Assembly (NCBI RefSeq): GCF_009914755.1 | Contig: NC_060939.1 | Length of the DNA: 64,000 bases | Reading direction: 5' to 3' (one strand) | DNA from: the human T2T-CHM13v2.0 reference genome, Homo sapiens | Part shown: one piece after another, positions 39,301 to 50,348 of the stretch | Layout: each line of letters opens with the position of its first letter | Position numbering within the stretch: the stretch's first letter is position 1 | Program-made: the position numbers and the translations under genes | Notes under the pieces: generated by a model | The model's input: the letters and a program-made list of their open reading frames with translations, nothing else | Databases searched by the model: none | What the model was told of the DNA's origin: nothing

Positions 39301-42300
39301 AGTGGTTTGGAAAGGAGGGGAATGGAATGGGATGGAATGAAATGGAGAGAAGTAGAGTGGAACGGAATGGAGTGGAGTGGAGTGGAAAGGAATGGAGAGG
39401 AGTGGAGTGGAATGGAATGGAATGGAATGGAATGGAATGGAATGGAATGGAGTGGAATGGATTGGAATGGAATGGAATGGTGAAAAGAAATATGTGTTGA
39501 GATTGTGCCACAGCGCTACAGGCTGTGTGAGAGAGGGAGATCCTGTCGAAAGAAAGGAGTGGAATGGAAGGGATTGGAATGGAATGGAATAGAATGGATA
39601 GGAGCAGAGTGGATTGGAATGGAGTGGAGTGGAGTGCAGTGGAATGGAATGGCATGGAATGGAATGGAATGGTGAAATGAAATGTGAGCTGAGATTGTTC
39701 ACTGCACTCCAGCATGGGTGACAGAGTAAGATCCTGTCAAAAGAAAGGAATGGAAAGGAATGGATTTAGAATGGAATGGAAAGGAAAGGAATGGAATGGA
39801 GTTGAATGGAGTGGAGTGGAATGGAGTGGAGTGGAGTGGAAATGATTGAAATGGAATTGGATGGCATGGAAAGGAGTGGAGTGGACTGGCATGGAGTGGA
39901 GTAGAGTGGAGTGGACCGGATTGGAGTGGAGTGGAGTGGAATGGATTGGAGTGGAGTAGAGTGGAGTGGAGTGGAGTGGAATGGAATGGAATGGAATGGA
40001 ATGGAATAGAAAAGAATCAATGGAATAGTGAAATGAAATGTGAGCTGAGATTGTGCCACTGCACTCCAGGCTGGGTGACAGAGTGAGATACTCTCAAAAT
40101 AAAATAATGGAATGGAAGGCAGTGGAATGGAATGGAATGGAATGGAATCTAATGGAATGGAATGGAATGGAATGGAAAGCAATGGATTGGAATGGAATGG
40201 AGTGGACTGGAGTGCAGTGGAGTGAAGAGGAGTGGAGAGGGGTGGAGTGGAATACAGTGGAATGGAGCAGAAAGAAATGGGATGTAGTGGAATGGAGTGG
40301 AGTGGAGTGGAATGGAATACAATGGACTGCAATGGAATAGATTGCAATGCAAAGGAAAGTTGACATGTAATGTTAGCTGAGATTGTGCCACTGCACTCCA
40401 GCCTGTGTGACAGAGTGATATCCTGTGAAAGAAAGGAATGTAATGCAATGGAGTGAAAAGTAATGTAATGGGATGGAATGGAGTGGAGGAGAGTGGAGTG
40501 GAGCGGAGTGAAATGGAGTCGAACGGAATGGGAAGCAGTGGAATGGAATGGAGTGGAGTTAAGTGGAGTGAAATAGGGTGGAATGGAATGGAATGGAAAG
40601 GAATGCAATGGAACGGTGAAATGAAAAGTGAGCTGAGATTGTGCCACTGCACTCCATGCTTTGTGACAGAGTGAGATCCTGTGGAAAGAAAGTAATGGAA
40701 AGGAATAGAGTATAATAGAATGGAGTGAAGTGGAGTGGAGTGGTGTGGAGTGCAGTGGAGTCAACTGGAATGGAGTGGAATGGAATGGGATGGAATGGAA
40801 TGTCATGGAGTGCAGTGGAGTGGATTGAAGTGGAGTAGAGTGGAATGGAGTGGAAAGAAATGGGATGGAATGGAATATCATGGAGTGGAGTGGAGTAGAC
40901 TGGATTGGAGTGGAGTAGAGTGGAAAGCAGTTGAGTGGAATGGAATGGAATGGAATGGAATACAGTGGAATGCAATGGAATGGAATGCAATGGAATAAAA
41001 TGAAATGGAATGGTGAAATGAAATGTGAGCCTAGTTAGTGCCACTGCATGCCAGCCTGGGTAACAGAGTGAGATGCTGTCAAAAGAAAGGAATGGAATGG
41101 AATTCACTGGAGTGGAGCAGAGTGGAGTGGAGTGGTGTGTAGTGGAATGGAGTGGATTGGAATGCCATGCAGTGGATTGCAATGGAGTGCAGTGGAGTCA
41201 AGTGGACTGGAGTGGAATTGAGTGGAATGGAATGGGAAGGAATGGAATGGAGTGGAGTGGAGGGAATGGAGTTCACTGGAATGGAATGGAGTGGAATGGA
41301 ATGGAATGCAATGGAGTGGATTGGATTTCAGTGGAGTGGAGTGGAGTGGACTGGAATGGAATGGAATGGAATGGAATGGAATGGAATAGTGAAATGAAAT
41401 GTAAGCTGAGATTCTACCACTGCACTCCAGACTGGGTGACAGAGTGACATCCTGTCGAATGTAAGGAATGGAAGGGAAAGAAGTGGAATGGAATGGAATG
41501 GAATGTAGTGGAGTGGAGTGGAGTGGAATGAAATGGACTGGAAAGAAATTGAATGGAATGGAGTGTAGGGGAGTTGAAAGGAGCAGAGTGGAATGGAATG
41601 GAAGGGGATGGAAAAGAATGGAATGAAATTGATGGGAGTAGAGTGGAATGGTGGGGAGAGGAGTGGAGTGGTATGGAATTGAATGGAGTGGAGTGGAGAG
41701 GAGTGGAGTAGAGTGGACTGGAATGGAAAGGAATGGGGTCGAGTGGAGTGGAGTGGAGTGCAGTAGAGTGGAATGGAAGGTAGTGGAATGGAATTGAATG
41801 GAATGGAAAGGAATGGAATGGAATAGAATGGAATGATGAAATGGAATATGAGTTGAGATTGTACCACTGCACTCCAGCGTGGGTGACAGAGTGAAATCCT
41901 GTTGAAAGAAAGGAATGGAATGGGAAGGAGTGGAATGGAATGGAAGGGAATGGAATGGAGTGCAGTGGAGTGGAGTGGAGTGGAGTGGAGTGCAGTATAG
42001 TGGAATGCAATGGGATGGAATGGAATGGAGTGGAGTGGAGTGGAGTGGAGTGAAGCAGAGTGGAATGGAATGGAATGGAATGGAATGGAATGGAATGGAA
42101 TGGAATGGAATAGAATGGAATGGAATGGAATGGATTGGAATAGAATGGAATGGAAAGCAGTGGCATGGAGTGGAATGGAGTGAAGTGGAGTGGAGTGGAA
42201 TTGAATGGAGTGTAGCGGAGTGGAGTGGAGTGGAATTGAATGGAGTGGAAAGGAATGGAATGGAGTGTAGCAGAGTGGAGAGGAGTGAAGTGGAATGGAA

Positions 42301-44621
42301 TGGAGTGGGATGGAATCGATTGGAATGAAGTGGAGTTTAGTGGAGAGGAGTGGTGGGAAGTGTAGTGGAGTAGAATGAAATTGGATGGAATTGAATGGAT
42401 TGGAGTGGAGTGACGTGGAGAGGAGGAGAAGAGTGGAGTGGAATGGCATGCAATGAAATGGAATAGAGTGCAGTGGAGTGGAGTGGAGTGGAATGGAATG
42501 TAGTGGAAATGGATTGAACGGAATGGAAAGGAATGGAATAGAATAGAATGGAATGGTGAAATGAAATATCAGCTGAGATTGTTCCACTGCACTCCAACAT
42601 GTGTGACAGAGTGAAATCCTGTTGAAAGAAAGGAATGGAATGGAAAGGAGTGGAATGAATGAAACGGAATTGAGTGGAGTGGAGAGAAGTGGAGTACATT
42701 GGAGTACATTGGAATGAAATCGGATAGAATGGAATGGAGTGAAGTGAAGTGGAGTGGAGTGGAATGGAATGGAATGGAATGCAGAGGAGTGGAGTTCACT
42801 GGAGTGGAATGGAACACGATGGAATGGTATTGAATGGAATGGAATGGAATGCAATGGAGTGCAATGGAATGCAATGGAATGGGATGCAATGGAATGGAAT
42901 CGAATGGTGAAATTAAATGTAAGGTGAGATAGTGCCACTACATCCAGGTCTGGGTGACAGAGATCCTGTCGAAAGAAAGGAATGGAATGGAATGGAGTGA
43001 AAAGGAATGGAATGGAATGGAGTGAAATGGAATGGAATGGAATGGAGTGGAGTGTAGTGGAGTGGAATGGAGTGGAATCGAATGGGATGGAGTGGAATGG
43101 AATGGAATGGAGTGGAGTGGAGAAGAATGGAGTGAAAAGAAATGGGATGGAATGGAATGGAGTGGAGTGGAATGGAGTGTAGTGGTGTGGAGTGCAGTTG
43201 ATTAGAGTGTAGTGGAATGGACTGGAGTGGAGTGCAGTGGAATGGAGTGGAGTGGAATGGAAGGGAATGGAATGCAATGTAATGGTGAAATGAAATGTGA
43301 GATGAGATTGTGCAATGGTATTCCAGCCTTTTTTGACACAGTGAGATCCCATCAAAAGAAAGGGATGGCATAAAGTGGAGTAGAATAGAATGGAGTGGAA
43401 TGGATTGGAGTGGGCTGGATTGGAGTGGAGTGCAGTGCAGTCGAGTGGAAAGGAGTGGAATGGAATGGGATGCAATGGAATGACATGGAGTGGAGTGGAG
43501 TGGAGTGGAGTGAATTGGAGTGAAGTAGAGAGGAATGGAGTGGAATTAAATGGGATGGAAAGGAATGGCATGGAGTTGAGTGGAATGGAGTGTAGTGGAT
43601 TGGAGTGTAGTGGAGTGGATTGGAGTGTAGTAGAGTGGAATGGAATGGAATGGAATGGAATGGAATGCAATGGAATGGAATGGAATGGAATGGTAAAATG
43701 AAATGTGAACTGAGTTTGTGCCACTTAACGCCAGCCTGGGTGACAGAGACAGATCCTGTCAAAAGAAAGGAATGGAATGGGGTGGAGTGTAGTATAGTGG
43801 TTTGGAGTTCAATGGAGTGCAATGGAATGGGATGGAATGGAATGGAATGGAGTGCGGTGGAGTGGAGTGGAGTGGAGTGGAGTGGCATGGAGTGGAATGG
43901 AATGCGATGGAATGGAATAAAGTAGAGTGGAGTTGAATGGAGTGGACTGGAGTGGAATGTAGTGGAATGGAATGGAATGAAGTGGAGTGGAGTGCAGTGG
44001 AGAGGGGTGAAGTGGAATGGAGTGGAATGGAATGGAATGGAATGGAATGGAATGGAATGGAATGGAATAGTGAAATGAAATGTGACCTGAGATTCTGCCA
44101 CTGCACTCCAGACTGTGTGACAGAGTGAAATCCTGTCGAATGTAAGGAATGGAATGGAATAGAGTGGAATGGAAAGGAAAGGAATGGAATGGAATGGAAT
44201 GGAATGGAATGGAGAGGAGCAGAGCGGAATGGAGTGGAGTGGAATTGAACGGAATTGGAAGGAATCGAATGGAACGAAGTGGAACGGAGTGGAATGTAGA
44301 GAAGGGACGAGGAGTGGAAAGGAATAGTATTGGATGAAATGGAATGGAGTGGAGTGCATTGGGGTGAAGAAGAGTGGAATGGAATGGAATGGAATGGAGT
44401 GGAATGGAATGGAGTGGAGTGGAGTAGAGTGGATTGGGGTGGAGTGTAATGGAATAGAATGGAATGGAAAGGAAAAGAATGGAATAGAATGGAATGATGA
44501 AATGAAATATGAGCTGAGATTGTGCCACTGCACTCCAGCCTGGGAGAAACAGTGAGATCCGGTCAAAGGAAAGGAATGGAATGGAAAGGAGTGGAATGGA
44601 ACGGAATGGAATGGAATGGAA

Positions 44622-44666
44622 CGGAACGGAACGGAACGGAACGGAACGGAACGGAACGGAACGGAA
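44622..44666 (+). repeat. (CGGAA)9 pentamer run
   Basis: Nine consecutive CGGAA units. A similar (CGGAA)6 lies at 23509-23538. Confidence 0.9.
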
Positions 44667-47600
44667 TGGAGTGGAGTGGAGTGGAGTGCAGTAGAGTGGA
44701 GTGCAGTATAGTGAAATTGAATGGGATGGAATGGAATGGAATGGAGCAGAGTAGTGTGGAGAGGAGTGGAATGGAATTGAAAGGAATGGAATTGAAAGGA
44801 ATGGAATGGAGTGCAGTGGAGTGAAGTGGACTGGAGTGTGTAGGAGTGGAATGGAATGGGATGGAATGGAACTTAAAGAAACATAATGCAATTGAATGCA
44901 ATGGAATGGAATGCAATGGAAAGGAATGTGAAATGAAATGCTAGCGGATATAGTGCCACTGCACCCCAGGCTGGGTGACAGAATGAGACCTTGTCGAAAG
45001 AAAGGAATGGAATTGAATGGAGTTGAATGGAATGGAATGGAGTGGAGTGGAGTGGAGCTGAGTGGAGTGGACTGGATTTGACTGGAGTTGAGTGGAGTGC
45101 AGTGGAATGGAATGGGGTGGAGTGGAATGTAAAGGAGGGGTGAGGAGTGGTGTGGAGTGGAGTGAAGTGGAATCGAGTGGAATTCAATGGGATGGAATGG
45201 AGTGGAGTGGAGTGGAATAGATTGCAATGGAATGGAATGGAATGGAAGGGAATGTAATTGAGTGCAGAGGAGTTCATTGGAGTGGAATGGAATGCAGTGG
45301 AATGGGAAGGGATGTAATGTAATGTAATGGAATGGAATGGAGTGGAATGGAATGGAATGGAATCATGAAATGAAATGATAGCTGAGATTATGGCGCTTAA
45401 CTCCATCCTGGGTGATGGAGTGAGATCATGTCGACAGAAAGGAATAGAACGGATTGGAGTGGAATGGAATGGAGTAGAATGCAGTGGAGTGGAGTGGAGT
45501 GGAATGGACTGGAATGGAATGGATTAGAATGCAGTGGAGTGGAGTAGAGTGGAATGGACTGGAATGGAATGAGATCGGAAGGAGTGGAATGGGGTGGAGC
45601 AGAGTGGAGTGAAGTGGAATGCAATGGAGTGGAATGGAAAGGGATGGAATGGAATAGAGTGGAGAGGAGTGGAGTAGAGTGCAATGGAATGGAATGGAGT
45701 GGAGTGGAGTGGGGTGGAGTGGAGAGGAGTGGACTGGAATGGAATGGAATGGAATGGAGTGGAATAGAGTGGAATAGAATGGTGAAATGAAATCTGAGCT
45801 GAGATTATGCCTCTGCACTCCATCCTGGGTGACAGAGTGAGATCCTGTCGAAAGAAAGCAATGGAATGGATTGGAGTGGAATGCAATGGAATGGAATGGA
45901 ACGGAAAGGAATGGAATGGAATGGAAAGGAGGGAATGGAATAGAATGGAGTGGGGTGGAGTGGAATGGAGTTGAATGGAATGGGATGTAATGAAATGGAG
46001 TGTAATGGACTGGACTGGAGTGGAATGGAGTTGAGTAGAGTGGAAGGGACTGGAATGGAATGGGATGGAATGGAATGGAATGGAGTGGAGTGGAGTGGGG
46101 TGGAAAGGAATGGGATGGAGTTGAGTGGAGTGGAGTGAAATGGAGTAGAATGGAAAGGAATGGAGTGGAGTGGAGTTGAATGGAATGGAATGGAATGAAA
46201 TTGAATGCAATAATGAAATGAAACGTGAGGTGTTATTGTGCTACCGCACTCCCGCCTTGGTGACAGAGTGAGATCTTCTTGAAAGAAAGGAATTGAATGG
46301 AATGGAGTGGAATGGAATGGAATGGAATGCAGTGGATGGAGTGGAGTGGAATAGAGTGGAACGGAATGTGATGGAGTGGAATGGAATGGAGTGGAGTGGA
46401 GTGGAATTGAGTGGAATGGAAAGGGATGGAATGGAATGGAATGGGGAGGAGTGGAGTGGAAGGGAGTTGAGTGGAGTGGGGAGGAATGGAATGGAATGGA
46501 ATGGAGTGGAGTAGAGTGGCGTGGAGTGGAGTGGAGTAGAGTGGAGTATAGTGGAGTGGAGTGGAGTATAGTGGAGTGGAATGGAGTATAGTGGAATGGA
46601 GTGGAATGGAATGGAATGGAATTAAGTGGAGTGGAGTGCAGTGGAATGGAATGGAATGGAATGGAATGGAATGGAATGGAATGGAATGGAAAGGAATTGA
46701 AAGGAATGGAATGCAGTGGAGTGGAGTGGAGTTCACAGAAGTGGAATAGAATTGAATGGAATGCAATGGAATGGAATGCAATGCAATGGAAAGGAATGGA
46801 ATGCAATGGAATGAAATGGAATGGAATGCAATGGAATGCAAAGGAATGGATGGTGAAATTTAATGTGAGCTGAGATAGTGCCACTGCACTCCAGCCAGGG
46901 TGACACAGTGAGAGTCTGTCGACAGAAAGGAATGGAATGGAAAGCAGTGAAACGAATGGAATGGAATAGAATGGAGTGGAGGGGAGGGGAGTGGAGTGGA
47001 GTGGACTGGAGTGAAATGGAGTCGAATGGAATGGGATGGAGTGAAATGGAATGGAGTGGAGTGGACTAGAGTGAAATAGAGTGGAAAGGAATTGGATGGA
47101 ATGGAATGCAATGGAATAGTGAAAAGAAATTTGAGCTGAGATTGTGCCACTGCACTCCAGCCTTTGTGAAAGAGTGAGATCCTGTGGAAAGAAAGGAATG
47201 TGATGGAATGGAGTGGAATTGTATGGAATGGAATGGAGTGAAGTGGAGTGGAGTGGAGTCGAGTGCAATGGAGTGGAATGGAATGGGATGGAAAGGAATG
47301 GCATGGAGTGGAGTAGAGAGGAGTGGATTGGAGTGGAGTAGATTAGCATGGAATGGAATGGAATGGGATGGAATTGAATGCCATGGAATGAGGTGGAGTG
47401 GAGTGGACTGGATGGAGTGGACTGGATTGGAGTGGAGTAGAGTGTAATGGAGTGGAGTGGAATGGAATGGAATGGAATGGAATGCAGTGGAAAGCAATGG
47501 AATGGAATGCTATGGAATAGATTGGAATGGAGTGGTGAAATGAAATGTGAGCTGAATTTGTGCCAATGCCCGCCAGTCTGGTTGACAGGGTTACATGCTG

Positions 47601-50284
47601 TCAAAAGAAAGGAATGGAATGGAATGAATTGGAGTGGAGCTGAGTGGAGTGGAGTGGTGTGGAGTGGAATGGAGTGGAATGGAATGGGATGGAGTGGAAT
47701 GGAATGGAGTGTATTAAGTGGAGTGGCATGGAGTGAAATGCAGTGGAATGGAACGCGATGGAATGGGATGGAATGGAATGGAGTGGAGTGGAGTGGAATA
47801 GAGTGGAATAGAGTGGAATGGAGTGGAATGTAATGGAATGGAATGGAGTGGATTGGAGTGCAGTGAAGTGGAGTGGAATGGAATGGAATGGAATAGTGAA
47901 ATGAAATGTAAGGTGGGATTCTGCCACTGCACTCCAGACTGGGTGACAGAGTGACATCCTGTCGAATGTGAGGAATGGAGCGGAATGGAGTGGAATGGAA
48001 TGTAGTGGAGTGGAGTGGAATGGAACGGAGTGGAAAGGAATGGAACGGAATGGAGTGGAGCGGAGTGGAGAGGAGTGGAGTTGAATGGAATGGAATGGGA
48101 TGGAATCGAATGGAATGAAGTGGAGGGGAGTGGAGTGGAGTGTTGTGGAGAGGAGTGGAGTGGTATGGAATTGGATGGAATTGAATGGAGTTCAGTGGAG
48201 TTGGGTGGAGAGGAATGGAGTACACTGGAGTGGAATTGAATGGAATGGAATGGAGTGGAGTTGAGTGAAGTGGAGTGGAGTGGAGTGGAATGCAATGTAG
48301 TGGAATGGAATTGAATGGAATGGAAAAGAATGGAATGGAATAGAATGGAATGATGAAATGAAATATGAGCTGAGATTGTGCCACTGCACTCCAGCAGGGT
48401 GACAGAGTGAAATCCTGTTGAAAGAAAGGAATGGAATGGAAAGGACTGGAATGCAATGGAATGGAATAGAGTGGAGTGGAGTATACTGGAAGGGAGTGGA
48501 ATGGAATGGGATGGAATGGAATGGAGAGGAATACACTGGAGTGTAGTGGAGTGGAATGGAATGGAATGGAATGGAATGGAATGGAATGCAGTGGAGTTTA
48601 GTTCACAAGAGTGGAATGGAATGGGATGGAATGGAATGGAATGCAATGGAATGGAATGCAATGGAATGGAATAAAATGGAATGCAATGGAAGGGAATTGT
48701 GAAATTAAATGTTAGCTGAGATAGTGCCACTGCACTCCAGCCTGTGTGACAGAGTGAGATCCTGTCGAAAGAAATTAATGGAATGTAAAGGTGTGAAGTA
48801 TGATGGAATGGAAGGAAATGGAATGGAGTGTAGTGTAGTGTAGTGGAATGGAGCGTAATGGAGTGGAATGGAATGGGATGGAGTGGAATGGAATGGAGTG
48901 GAATGGAGTGGATTGAATTGGAGTAGAGTGGAGTTGACTGGATTGAAGTGGAATGGAGTGGAGTGGAGTGGAATGGAATGGAATGGAATGGAATGGAATG
49001 GAATGGAGGGGAGTGGAGGGAGGTGGAGGGGAATGGAGTGGAGTGGAGTGGAATGGTGAAATAAAATGTGAGCTGAGATTGTGCCACTGTGTTCCAGCCT
49101 TTTTTGACATAGTGAGATCCCATCAAAAGAAAGGACTGGAATGGAATGGGGTGGAATGGAATGGAGTAGAATGGAACGGAGTGGAGTGGGTTGGAGTGGA
49201 GTGCATTGGAGTGGAGTGGAGTCAAGTGAAATGGAGTGAAATGGAATGGAAGGGAATGGAATGGCATGTAGTGGAGTGGGGTGGAGTGAATTTGAGTAGA
49301 GTAGGGTGGAATGGAGTGGAATGGAGTGGAATGGAATGGGATGGAAGGGAATGGCATGGAGTGGAGTGGAATGGAGTGGATTAGAGTGGAGTAGAGTGGA
49401 ATGGAAAGGAACGGAATTAAATGGAATGGAATGGAATGGTATGGAATGGAATGGAATGCAATGGAATTGAATGGAATGCAATGGAATGGAATGGAATGGA
49501 ATGGAATGGAATGGAATGGAATGGAATGGAATGGTGAAATGAAATGTGAGCTCAGTTTGTGCCACTGCACGCCAGCCTGGGTGACAGAATGAGATCCTGT
49601 CGAAAGAAACGAATGGAATGGAATGGAGTGGAGTGTAGAGGTGTGGAGTGATGTGGAGTGGAATGGAGTGGAATGGAATGGGATGGATTTGAATAGAAGG
49701 AGTGTAGTGGAGTAGATTGGAGTGGAGTGGAGTGGAATGGAGTGGAATGGAATGGAATTGAATGGAATGGAATGGAATGGAATGTTGTGTAGTGTATTGG
49801 AATGGAGTGGAATGGAGTGAAATAGAGTGTAATGTAATGTAGTGGAATGGAGTGGAGTGGAGTGCAGTGGAGAAGGGTGTAGGGGAATGGAATGGAATAG
49901 TGAAATGAAATGTGAGCTGAGATACTCCCACTGCACTCCAGACTGTGTGACAGAATGAGATCCTGTCGAATGGAATTGAATAGAGTGGAATGAAATGGAG
50001 TGCAGTGGAGTGGAGCAGAGTGGAGTGGAGTGGAGTGGAATGGAATGGAATGGGATGGAATCAAATGGTATGAAGTGGAGGGGAATGGAATTGAGTGGAG
50101 GGACGAGGAGTGGAATGGAATGGAATTGGATGGAATGGGATGGAATGGAGTGGAGTGGGGTGGAGAGTAGTGGAGTAGAGTGGAATGGAATGGAGTGGAG
50201 TGGAGTAGAGTGGATTGGAGTGTAATGGAATAGAATGGAATGGATAGGAATGGAATGGTATAGAATGGAATGATGAAATGAAAT

Positions 50285-50348
50285 ATGAGCTGAGATTGTG
50301 CCACTGCACTCCAGCCTGGGTGACAGAGTGAGATCCTGTCAAAGGAAA
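50285..50348 (+). mobile_element. Representative, near-consensus Alu 3'-end fragment (type B)
   Basis: ATGAGCTGAGATTGTGCCACTGCACTCCAGCCTGGGTGACAGAGTGAGATCCTGTCAAAGGAAA. It differs from the AluJ-type 3' end mainly by CpG>TpG changes and loss of the terminal TC. Confidence 0.9.
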
